A stretch of DNA of 29,789 nucleotides from a bacterium. Lineage in GTDB: Bacteria; UBP14; UBA6098; JAFGQG01. Of this stretch, positions 1-7,939 are shown piece after piece (within the stretch, counting starts at the first letter, position 1; the number at the start of each line of letters is the position of its first letter). Both the position numbers and the translations under genes were made by a program. The notes beneath the pieces are model-generated. The model worked only from the letters and a program-made list of their open reading frames with translations, made no database searches and was not told the origin of the DNA. The stretch spans positions 1 to 29,789 of the forward strand of contig JAFGQG010000049.1 of assembly GCA_016935765.1 (NCBI GenBank), written 5' to 3'.

Positions 1-63
1 AGAGGAATCAGTATATAAATCAAGAGAAAAATAAGGGTTAATACCGAGTGCGCAGGATTCTTT

Positions 64-2064
64 CTAATCCGGTAATGAAATTCTAAACACCACCGTATCG
101 GTCGCTAAAATCCAGTAACCACTACCGGGGAAGAGGGTGTCAGCAATAAAGTAGGCATGTGTTTCAGAAGAGTATCCAAATGGCATTGAAAGCATTTCAG
201 GGATAGTGTCCAGAAATGTAACAGGAATAGGTATAGAGAGTGCGCCAATCAGGTTCCAGCCGGGATAGAGGGAGAAAGTGTACGAATAAATTATTTCCCC
301 TTCGATAGCAATAATTGTATCAATTTCAGAAAAAACCCAATATCCAACACCTGAGTTTAAGGTATCGCTGACTGTATAGGTTCTTAAAGTTGGTGAGAAA
401 GTATATGAGGGAGGTATTGCAAAAGGTAATATCGCTTCCAGTGTCGGTATACTAACTTCCCTTTGAAGCGATATAAGATTCCAACCAGTGTATAAATTAG
501 ACCATATTGAAAAACCCATATCATGTTCATAAACCCCCATATCCCAATCGAGACCTGAAGGACGAGGATTACCTTCAATATCATATACGGAAGCCCATAC
601 AGTATCCCCCCAGAATGACACTAAGAATCTCGAACCAGAATCAATGGCGGGAGACCCTTCAACAAGTTTAAAATTCCCTGAAGGACCGTCAACAAAGCAC
701 GGATCGCTTCCCAGGACATTAGGCCCTTTAATCAGTTTACAATATGTCTCAAGGGTGCAGTTCAATGTATCCAGGAGTGAATAAGCCACATGCAGAGTAC
801 AAGGGCGTGGAGGATACAGCTCAAGAGATAATGCAATATCGTTGGCAACTGAATCGGCTAGGTTATCACAGATAATAGAATTAAAGCAGCAGCTTTTAAG
901 ATTATTCCTACAGAATATACCACCACCGGATAAATTTGCATAATTGTTAAAGATAACGCAATTAACAATATTCACCCCATTCGTTCCAATGATTGCTATA
1001 CCACCTCCATCAAAGTTGGAAGTATTGTGATAAATTTCATTATTAATTATTTTAGATGGAGACCGTTCACAATATATTCCTCCTCCTCTTCCACCCGCAA
1101 AATTATTGTGTATCTTGTTATTCATAATTATTGCATTCCCATGCGATATATTAATCCCACCACCATCTGACATGATGCATGGTGCGGTATTATTTGAAAT
1201 AATATTATTTCTAATTATAGGACTGGAATGCGTACAATCTATTCCACCGCCCCTGTTTGCGGTTGCAGAAATTGAGTTTTCAGAGATTAAATTATATTCT
1301 ATCATTAAATCAGAAACAGAATAACAACAGACTCCCCCTCCCCAGTCTGCGAAATTATACATTATTATATTATCACATAATACTCCCGCTGAATACTGGT
1401 CAAAAGTAATTCCTCCCCCTCTTGCTCTTCCAGTGTTACCTATTATTTGATTTTCTCTAACTATACATACTGGGCATTTTTTACAACAAACGCCACCACC
1501 CCAACTCCCATTATTATACTCTATCATGCAAGATATTATTTGAACTTCTGAGTTATCGCAAAAAATCCCAGCTCCATATCCCGTTGATCTATTCAGTTTC
1601 ACTTTGGTGTTTTCTATAGATATTGTAGATTTAAATGTGTAAACACCTCCTCCATCTAGATCATATGAAAATAGGTCCCCTATAGCATTTCCATATTCAA
1701 TTATGCAGTACTGTAAGCTACACCCATGAGTATTATAAAACCTAATCCCGCCATGCCCCCCAGCGCTATCTGTCAGGTGAGTGTTCATTGCTGTGAAAAC
1801 AATCGAATCCATTTCCGTTCCGATGGCTTTTAGTACGGCGTTACTATCTATAATAAGGGGATAATGTCCTTGAAAAATGACAGAGCAGCCGGGCATAATC
1901 CGTAGGCTTGAGTCACAGGGAACGTTTATCTCATCTGTAATTAGGTATGGCGACCCAGAAATTTCCCAGACACCGAAGACGTCCCCCGACACGAATGTTG
2001 TGTCAGCAAATAATACATTCGTCAAAACAAATAAAAGTGATAGCGCAATCAGGAATTTTTTCAT
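64..2064 (-). CDS. Secreted right-handed parallel beta-helix (PbH1/pectate-lyase-like) repeat protein with a C-terminal tandem GWNL[IV]S/GYW module
   Basis: 666-aa ORF. The N-terminus MKKFLIALSLLFVLTNVLFA reads as a signal peptide. The minus-strand ATG at 2064 is preceded by AAGGTGG 9 nt upstream. There are about 9 Gly-triplet rungs (DGGGVY, WGGGVCC, GGGITF, WGGGVCC, GGGIDC, GGGINIS, GGGIYC, GGGIAII, GGGIFC) spaced ~22-25 aa apart, as in beta-helix proteins. The last ~150 aa hold two copies of the motif (TGWNLIS...GYWVFS and YPGWNLIG...GYWILA) that is also found at the C-terminus of the 26140..29352 ORF. Confidence 0.75.
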   Translation of the reverse strand: MKKFLIALSLLFVLTNVLFADTTFVSGDVFGVWEISGSPYLITDEINVPCDSSLRIMPGCSVIFQGHYPLIIDSNAVLKAIGTEMDSIVFTAMNTHLTDSAGGHGGIRFYNTHGCSLQYCIIEYGNAIGDLFSYDLDGGGVYTFKSTISIENTKVKLNRSTGYGAGIFCDNSEVQIISCMIEYNNGSWGGGVCCKKCPVCIVRENQIIGNTGRARGGGITFDQYSAGVLCDNIIMYNFADWGGGVCCYSVSDLMIEYNLISENSISATANRGGGIDCTHSSPIIRNNIISNNTAPCIMSDGGGINISHGNAIIMNNKIHNNFAGGRGGGIYCERSPSKIINNEIYHNTSNFDGGGIAIIGTNGVNIVNCVIFNNYANLSGGGIFCRNNLKSCCFNSIICDNLADSVANDIALSLELYPPRPCTLHVAYSLLDTLNCTLETYCKLIKGPNVLGSDPCFVDGPSGNFKLVEGSPAIDSGSRFLVSFWGDTVWASVYDIEGNPRPSGLDWDMGVYEHDMGFSIWSNLYTGWNLISLQREVSIPTLEAILPFAIPPSYTFSPTLRTYTVSDTLNSGVGYWVFSEIDTIIAIEGEIIYSYTFSLYPGWNLIGALSIPIPVTFLDTIPEMLSMPFGYSSETHAYFIADTLFPGSGYWILATDTVVFRISLPD

Positions 2065-2080
2065 TTTTAATTTCCACCTT

Positions 2081-2140
2081 GACCCTCAAGAGGGTCTTAA
2101 GAGGGTTTGATCTCTGAGGGGTCGAACCCTCTTATTTTTT
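2081..2140. promoter_or_regulatory. Two adjacent GC-rich hairpins followed by a T-tract, in the divergent intergenic region and 5' leader of the 64..2064 gene
   Basis: GACCCTC-aa-GAGGGTC (2081-2096) and GAGGGTT...AACCCTC (2101-2131), followed by TTATTTTTT (2132-2140). Read on the + strand this is shaped like an intrinsic terminator. On the - strand it lies 10-70 nt upstream of the RBS and ATG at 2064. Confidence 0.4.
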
Positions 2141-2335
2141 AAAATAACATTTTAAAATCATTTGTCAATTTCAAATTGTGCATACTACGATACCATACTT
2201 CATGTGATATACTGAATTTTGTTATCGTAAAAAAAAATTAATTATTAAAGATAGAATGCTGTTGCCAAAGATATGTATTCTTTTTAAATTCGAGGTTTGG
2301 ATGGATTAACTTGTAAGAATAAACCGGAGGGAATA

Positions 2336-3403
2336 ATGCCATTCTGCCCAAAATGTAAGATCGAATACGTTGAAGGCGTTAAAGTATGCGCCGATTGCGG
2401 CGAGAAGTTGGTCGATAAGCTCCCGGAGGAATATAAATGCGAAAACTGCGGGAAAACGGTAACGGAGTACGATAAATACTGCAAACATTGTGGAGCTATA
2501 TTCGGTGAGAATACGAAGTGTGTTAATCATCCTGACCAGACCGCCAACTTCGTTTGTTTGATATGCAAAAAGCCCTTCTGCGGCGCATGTATCATTGAAA
2601 GGGAAGGGAAACACTACTGTGAAGAACATGCTTATTATGATTTCGAGGATGAGGAATGGGTGACCGTCTACGAAACCGGTCAGGATTGGGAAGCCGAGCT
2701 GATCAAGGATTACCTTTCAAAGAAGCACATTCCGTGCGTCATTCTTTCGAAGAAGGACAGGGCGCGCGCTTTGACTATCGGGGAACTCTCAAAAATCCAG
2801 CTCATGGTGCACAGCGACAATGTTCTACTGGCTGAACGCATCCTTATCGAGCTGGGAAAGAAGGAGCGGAAAGTATTGTATTGCCCAAAATGCGAAGTTG
2901 AATACACCGAAAATTTGAAAGTATGTATGGATTGCGGGTTGAAACTTATGGAAACGGAGCCCGGCGAGTTCGAATGCGAAAATTGCGGGGTCGCGGTTGA
3001 AGAAAATGCCGATCACTGCGGTCATTGCGGCGCTAACTTTGATGAGAATAAAATGTGTCATAACCACCCGGACAGGGCGGCGGAATTCGTTTGCCTGATC
3101 TGCGGAAAACCCCTATGCGATTGGTGCGTTAATAAAAATGACGGGAAGGCTTTCTGCCAGGAACACTCGGAGTATATTGTATATTCAGAGAACTGGATAG
3201 TGATCGACAAAGCAGACACCTTCGATGAAGCGAATTACAAGAAGATCCTCCTGGATGAAGCTGGAATACCGGCGCAGTTCTTCTCAGCAGACCAGGAATC
3301 GTACGACCACTTCGAGGAAGAACTCTCTGATTTTATCATTATCGTACCCGCGGAGTATGTGCTGGAGGGGAAGAAAGCATTGGAAGAAAAACAGATTGAA
3401 TAA
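2336..3403 (+). CDS. Tandem-duplicated zinc-ribbon / B-box-like zinc-finger / DUF2007-like (putative signal-transducing) domain protein
   Basis: The ORF track starts at TTG 2297, but ATG 2336 has GGAGG 5 nt upstream. Two ~180-aa repeats (starting CPKCKIEY... and CPKCEVEY...) each carry CxxC-x10-CxxC zinc ribbons and a C-x2-H-x8-C-x2-C-x4-C-x2-C-x8-H-x-C-x2-H (B-box-like) cluster. Each then has a DUF2007-like beta-alpha segment (WVTVYETGQDWEAELIKDYLSKKHIPCVI and WIVIDKADTFDEANYKKILLDEAGIPAQF). The duplication is visible at DNA level: tgcccaaaatg, aaagtatg and gattgcgg are shared between the repeats. Confidence 0.7.
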   Translation: MPFCPKCKIEYVEGVKVCADCGEKLVDKLPEEYKCENCGKTVTEYDKYCKHCGAIFGENTKCVNHPDQTANFVCLICKKPFCGACIIEREGKHYCEEHAYYDFEDEEWVTVYETGQDWEAELIKDYLSKKHIPCVILSKKDRARALTIGELSKIQLMVHSDNVLLAERILIELGKKERKVLYCPKCEVEYTENLKVCMDCGLKLMETEPGEFECENCGVAVEENADHCGHCGANFDENKMCHNHPDRAAEFVCLICGKPLCDWCVNKNDGKAFCQEHSEYIVYSENWIVIDKADTFDEANYKKILLDEAGIPAQFFSADQESYDHFEEELSDFIIIVPAEYVLEGKKALEEKQIE

Positions 3404-3846
3404 CGAATATCGCCTGCCCCGATTACTCGGGGATCAACGATTGAAGATCAGCGAAGTAGCAACAAAGAAAAATAACAGGTAACGGCAAATCCTTGAGCCT
3501 GCGGAATTTGTTATTTCCAGACACGCTCCACTTTGTCATTTCGAGACGCCTAACAAAAATATTGACAATAACATCATACTCCTGATAAAAAAATAATAAA
3601 GTTCATTTTGTCTTGTCGAGAAATCTCAGTTATCAAGGAAGCTAAACCTAAATCACTCAATGACATGGATTTCTCACCCACCTGAAGGTGGGTTCAAAAT
3701 GACAGATGGGGCAAGCTGGAAAGAAAAAGAACGAAAAGAAGAAATTGCGAAGAGTGTATCAGGTTTTTAAACCGTAAATCGAAAATAGTCAATTATCATT
3801 TTTTTTTAGGTGGGGGGGATTAAACCCGAAATCGTAAATTTATTAA

Positions 3847-3890
3847 GGGGTGATGGGGATGGGTTCAATAATCATTAAACAATAATCATT
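3847..3890. repeat. Intergenic motif GGGTGATGGGG...AATAATCATT(x2), copy 1
   Basis: ggggtgatggggatgggttcaataatcattaaacaataatcatt abuts the stop of the minus-strand 134-aa gene. A related copy is at 7890..7935. Confidence 0.45.
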
Positions 3891-4294
3891 TACTCGTCTT
3901 CCGGTCTGTAATAACCCACATACTTCCCCTGGTTAGCGTCAAGAATGATCTTTATTTTATCCCCGGTAAGCTCGTAGAATTCCTTTGACAATTCAATTGA
4001 GTATTTCAGTGGATTTTCATACAAATCATCTTTTTTAACCAATAAATAATATGGATAATTATCCTCTACCTGAAAGCCTCTTTTTTCGAGACTCGATATA
4101 AATATGTTTTTCCCCTCAAGGGTTTCGTGTTTCAGTTCTATCATTTCTTCGATAGGTTTACCAGGTATTTGCAGGTCTTTCTCCTCGGTTGGTGACAGAA
4201 GTATGAACAATATCACAAGAGCTAAGGCGCCTATTACCTTTAAAATCCCATACTCGAACTTATTTTTCTTGTCTTCATTCATTTCCATGATCAA
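3890..4294 (-). CDS. Hypothetical small membrane-anchored protein (single N-terminal TM, ~90-aa C-terminal domain)
   Basis: 134-aa ORF. ILKVIGALALVILFILL is a hydrophobic anchor. Its start overlaps the stop of the upstream 4291..5094 gene by 4 nt (ATGA-type coupling), implying an operon. I recognise no motif. Start could be a downstream Met. Confidence 0.5.
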   Translation of the reverse strand: MIMEMNEDKKNKFEYGILKVIGALALVILFILLSPTEEKDLQIPGKPIEEMIELKHETLEGKNIFISSLEKRGFQVEDNYPYYLLVKKDDLYENPLKYSIELSKEFYELTGDKIKIILDANQGKYVGYYRPEDE

Positions 4295-5094
4295 TATAAT
4301 TTAATATACTCAACTCCCTCGGGAATGTCAATTTCGAATATACTTTTCTCGATATTTTTATTAATTTTTTGCTTTTCAAACCTTATTTCGACCCACTCAC
4401 TCCTAATAGGATTGACCATTTTGACTGTCTCCGGACGCCATGCACCATCAATTAAAACGTAATCCTCGAAGCTGATATCCAGCAGGGATGATAGATCCTC
4501 CCTATAGACCTGGTGACTGCTTATCGTCCAGATTCCCGGGTTTATATAATAAGTTTCCTTCTCACCTTCTTTATCGAACACTACTTTATATTTATCTATC
4601 TCCGCTTCGAACTCAACTGGTGTTTTTTTCAAAACCTCAGCATCAATACTACCAAACACCGCTTCTACAACATCCAGAAAGTTGAAATGCAAATTCAGAA
4701 CGGTATTATAACCATTTTCTGTAAATTTGTCAATATAAATTTCATTTTTATCGGGTACGTATACAAGCAATGAATCGCCGTTGCTCAATAGAGAAGCTAC
4801 CGAACTACCCAGAAATCCCCTGATATAACACTTCAGGTTTAAGGGCTTTTTGTACAGGAAATCCAATTTGAAATTATCTTCCGCATCCGGGGAATGAATG
4901 GTAACTTTACATCGCCCTTTGATCGTGTTAATTTTATCCCCAGCGCTTATTACGCTGTCGAGCAAGGTTGAATGCTGCAGGGGTATTGCCTCAAGTTCCG
5001 GCGCAACTTTCTGCCGGGGAGTGCAGTCGATGTTAGCAATCAATAGAATTAAGGTGAAAGCCAAATATGTACCTTGTAAAAAATTCTTATTCAT
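4291..5094 (-). CDS. Putative lipoprotein, LolA-like / DUF4292-like fold (tentative)
   Basis: 267-aa ORF. N-terminus MNKNFLQGTYLAFTLILLIANIDC reads as signal peptide plus Cys, a lipobox-like sequence. Size and beta-rich composition are typical of LolA-like outer-membrane lipoproteins. It is co-directional and closely spaced with lemA upstream and the 134-aa ORF downstream. The family assignment is from memory, not a search. Confidence 0.5.
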   Translation of the reverse strand: MNKNFLQGTYLAFTLILLIANIDCTPRQKVAPELEAIPLQHSTLLDSVISAGDKINTIKGRCKVTIHSPDAEDNFKLDFLYKKPLNLKCYIRGFLGSSVASLLSNGDSLLVYVPDKNEIYIDKFTENGYNTVLNLHFNFLDVVEAVFGSIDAEVLKKTPVEFEAEIDKYKVVFDKEGEKETYYINPGIWTISSHQVYREDLSSLLDISFEDYVLIDGAWRPETVKMVNPIRSEWVEIRFEKQKINKNIEKSIFEIDIPEGVEYIKLY

Positions 5095-5183
5095 GAAAAA
5101 ACTAAATAACCTGCAATTGGTATTAAACCGGTAATAATTTCGAAAAATGCTTTAAGAAAACCAAAACAGTCAGACTACTATTC

Positions 5184-5771
5184 TTAAAACTCTACTTTTG
5201 GAGCTGTTGAAGCGCCTTCATCTGCTTCGTAGAAAACTGCCTGGTCAAAACCGAACACTCCAGCAAACATATTCATGGGGAATCTTCTTATCATCTGGTT
5301 GAATGTCTTAACTGTTTCGTTGTATCTCTTTCTCTCAACAGCTATGCGGTTTTCGGTCCCCGCGAGTTCGTCCTGAAGCCTTATGAAATTCTGGTTCGCT
5401 TTCAGTTCCGGGTATTGCTCAACCACAACGAGTAAGCGGCTCAGCGCTGAGGTCAATTCCTGGTTCGCTTCAATCTTCTCCGGTATGGATGTCGCGCCAC
5501 CGACCTTCGCCCTTGCTTCTGTGACTGCCGTAAAAGTTTCCCGTTCATGTTCAGCATATCCTTTAACGGTTGCCACGTAGTTCGGTATCAGGTCAAACCT
5601 TCTCTGAAGCTGATTTTCCACCTGCGCCCATGCGCCCTTAACTTCCTCATCCATGGTCACCAGTTTGTTATACATCCCGATTCCGATAGCTACCAGTATT
5701 ATCCCGATCACCAGGATGATCGCAAGTATAATAATGATTATCAGACCAGCTCCACCTTCTTTTAATTTCAT
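5184..5771 (-). CDS. lemA: LemA family protein
   Basis: 195 aa. An N-terminal TM helix (LIIIIILAIILVIGIILVAIGIG) is followed by the characteristic LemA core YNKLV..EEVKGAWAQVENQLQRRFDLIPNYVATVKGYAEHERETF....ARAKV and a C-terminal NMFAGVFGF. Confidence 0.9.
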   Translation of the reverse strand: MKLKEGGAGLIIIIILAIILVIGIILVAIGIGMYNKLVTMDEEVKGAWAQVENQLQRRFDLIPNYVATVKGYAEHERETFTAVTEARAKVGGATSIPEKIEANQELTSALSRLLVVVEQYPELKANQNFIRLQDELAGTENRIAVERKRYNETVKTFNQMIRRFPMNMFAGVFGFDQAVFYEADEGASTAPKVEF

Positions 5772-5885
5772 CTAAAAACCTCCTGTTATTAATCGATTTA
5801 CGTAAAATGTTTGGGGAACTCGAAATGGGAATCATCCAACGGTTGCGTAAATGAATACTTTTTTATTTGCTTATTAGTCATTTTT

Positions 5886-6617
5886 TTATTCCATCTTATC
5901 CACTAGATCAACCAGGTCGCTTATCTGCTTTATATAGATCTCCATGACACTTTTTGCTTCATCAGCTGATGGTTTGGCTTCCTTTCTCTTGATAGATATC
6001 AGCTTTTTAAAAAACTCCGTTTCGATCTCCGTGAATTCGTCACAGGTTTTCGTGATAACTTCGTAGTCATCCTCTGGAATTGGCAATCCCTTAAAATAAA
6101 GCAAACCCCGAAAGATCGAGGTGAAAGTAGAAACCGATTCGGAGATCAACTTGATAATAGCCGCTTTTTTGCCCTTTGTTTCCAGGTAGAATTGCCTCAG
6201 TTTAAGCAGTTTGCCCTTCAGTTCGTGTTCAAGCTGAAGACGCAGGTCTTTCGTCTCGATACGGATATCCTTAAAATAATCCTCCCCGAAGATAACGCTG
6301 TAAAAAGACTTGATGTTGATGAATTCAAGAGGAAAACTATCCACCGACATAGTGATATATTCCGGAGTAAAGAACAAGGGTGTTGAAACGCTTTTCTTGT
6401 GCCATTTCTTTACCAGACCCATAGCGCTTTCGATTCGTGAAATACCTTCCTTTGACAGAACAACAACGAAGTTTATGTCCGATCTGCCTTTAACGTATCT
6501 TCCTCTTGCTGCGCTGCCAAACAGAATAACAGATTTCAGGTCTTCCTTAAAAACGCTCTTATAATCCTCAACGAATTCTTCGAAAATATCTTCAACTCTT
6601 TCTGGTGCTTTTGACAT
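5886..6617 (-). CDS. Pol-beta-superfamily nucleotidyltransferase with C-terminal helical domain (KNTase/AadA/Lnu-like architecture), non-canonical DxN active-site motif
   Basis: 243 aa. It has the NTase fingerprint ILFGSAARGRYVKGRSDINFVVV (hG[GS]x9-13 D h [DE] h). The second carboxylate position is Asn (SDIN), not Asp/Glu. A ~130-aa helical C-terminal half gives a length like kanamycin/streptomycin/lincosamide NTases (~250 aa). By contrast, the minimal NTase at 20101..20391 has the canonical SDIDL. Confidence 0.7.
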   Translation of the reverse strand: MSKAPERVEDIFEEFVEDYKSVFKEDLKSVILFGSAARGRYVKGRSDINFVVVLSKEGISRIESAMGLVKKWHKKSVSTPLFFTPEYITMSVDSFPLEFINIKSFYSVIFGEDYFKDIRIETKDLRLQLEHELKGKLLKLRQFYLETKGKKAAIIKLISESVSTFTSIFRGLLYFKGLPIPEDDYEVITKTCDEFTEIETEFFKKLISIKRKEAKPSADEAKSVMEIYIKQISDLVDLVDKME

Positions 6618-6803
6618 TATATCTTCTCCTTATTTGAATATGCTTTCATTGCTTTAAATTCGCAGCCTGAAGTACCTTCAGCTACAAGTTCTTATTTCTT
6701 TTTTTGTATTTCATTACTCAGTTCTTTTCTACATACTACTGGATACCTACTACCACTTTTAAAACTGTTGATTGTCCATTGCTCACCGCTAATTGATAAT
6801 TGC

Positions 6804-7553
6804 TTAGTATCCTCTGCCAGCTCCGCCGCCGCCGAAGCTGCCGCCGCCGAAACCTCCAAATCCGCCACTGAAGCCGCTGCCGCCGCCGCTGAACCCGCCG
6901 CCAAAGCCGCGCGCCAATCCTCCAATGAACAGCCACGGTAAAATGCGCCCCCTTGTGATGATTATCAGAAACAGTATGATAATTATCGGGCAGCATCCCG
7001 CCCAGCCACCTTTCGACCTGGTCGATGAAGTGCTTCTCGATACATCTATCTGACCCGTCAGGGTTACGCCTGCATCCTTGGCGATGACTGATGCGACAGC
7101 CCGGGCTGCTCCGAGTAACCCTTTTCCGTAGTCATCGTTCCTGAGATAGGGTACCGCGTAATTGTCCAGAATCTCTCCGCAGAATCCGTCCGGTAGTATT
7201 CCTTCAAGTCCATAGCCCACTTCGATTCTCACCTTTCTCTCCTGTATCGCGTCCAGAATTAGAACCCCGTTATCCTCACCTTCTTTGCCTATACCCCAGT
7301 GTTCAGCAAGCCTTACAGCGTAATCAACATAGTATTCGCCCCCAAGGTTCGGCATCGTAACCACGGCAAGTTCCGCAGTCGTTTTCTGTTCCAGCTCACT
7401 CGCGATCATCTCTATCTGCGCCTCGTAGCTTTCGGGGATCACGTTCGCGAAATCGTTAACATAGCCTGTGTATCCTGGTAGATCCTGACCAAAACATAAA
7501 CTTAATGCAACAAAAAGAAAGGGGATTATAAAAATTATTCTTAGTTTTTTCAC
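6804..7553 (-). CDS. TPM-domain (YgcG / TLP18.3-Psb32-MOLO-1 family) membrane protein with Gly-rich C-terminal tail
   Basis: 249 aa. Signal peptide MKKLRIIFIIPFLFVALSLCFG, then the TPM core YVNDFANVIPESYEAQIEMIASELEQKTTAELAVVTMPNLGGE...GVLILDAIQERKVRIEVGYGLEGILPD. After that come a TM helix (CCPIIIILFLIIIT) and a glycine-rich tail GGGFSGGGSGFSGGFGGFGGGSFGGGGAGRGY, the canonical YgcG architecture. Overlapping ORFs 6692..6925 and 6736..6996 are alternative-frame artefacts of the GC-rich Gly codons. Confidence 0.85.
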   Translation of the reverse strand: MKKLRIIFIIPFLFVALSLCFGQDLPGYTGYVNDFANVIPESYEAQIEMIASELEQKTTAELAVVTMPNLGGEYYVDYAVRLAEHWGIGKEGEDNGVLILDAIQERKVRIEVGYGLEGILPDGFCGEILDNYAVPYLRNDDYGKGLLGAARAVASVIAKDAGVTLTGQIDVSRSTSSTRSKGGWAGCCPIIIILFLIIITRGRILPWLFIGGLARGFGGGFSGGGSGFSGGFGGFGGGSFGGGGAGRGY

Positions 7554-7889
7554 TGTTATATGCTCCTTGTAACTAAATCTATCCTTCGAATTAACTTAAT
7601 AAAACAAAATTAGCGCATTTAAAAGCTACACTATTTTTAATATCTAAAGTAATTAAAATACATTTTATATCATATTATTAATATTAAAATTTATTGCAAG
7701 TGAAAAATCAAGGAACAAAGAACAGGAGAGAGGATACAGGGAAAAACTGATTGCAGAACAAGGATTATCGATTAACGATTGAAGAAGTGAAAGAAGGAAC
7801 AAGAATATTTTTTGAACCCGAAAGCCATCTGGCACAGATTGCTGAAGCAGAACGATGATCGCATAGACCATGTTCAAAATGTAGAAGGA

Positions 7890-7935
7890 GATGGGTGATG
7901 GGAAATAATCAATAATCATTATTCAATAGTCAATC
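7890..7935. repeat. Intergenic motif GGGTGATGGG...AATAATCATT(x2), copy 2
   Basis: gatgggtgatgggaaataatcaataatcattattcaatagtcaatc abuts the 3' end of the minus-strand tRNA-Glu. It shares GGGTGATGGG and two AATAATCATT-like units with 3847..3890. Confidence 0.45.
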
Positions 7936-7939
7936 AAAA

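Noticed and set aside
1877-2110. Plus-strand 77-aa ORF antisense to the start of the beta-helix gene
   Set aside because: It lies entirely within the well-supported minus-strand CDS and 5' leader, with no RBS. It is retained only as a possible antisense-RNA region in the findings.
6672-6686. Hairpin CTGAAG-tac-CTTCAG downstream of the TPM gene as a terminator
   Set aside because: It has only a 6-bp stem and no U-tract on the minus strand, and it sits ~120 nt from the stop. This is weak.
6692-6996. ORFs 6692..6925 and 6736..6996 (Ala/Arg-rich translations)
   Set aside because: They are alternative frames of the Gly-rich (GGN-repeat) C-terminal tail of the TPM gene, with low-complexity translations and no start context.
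7665-7919. ORF 7665..7919 (-) in the AT/purine-rich spacer upstream of tRNA-Glu
   Set aside because: It has low-complexity sequence and no RBS, and it overlaps the repeat motif. It is more likely non-coding.
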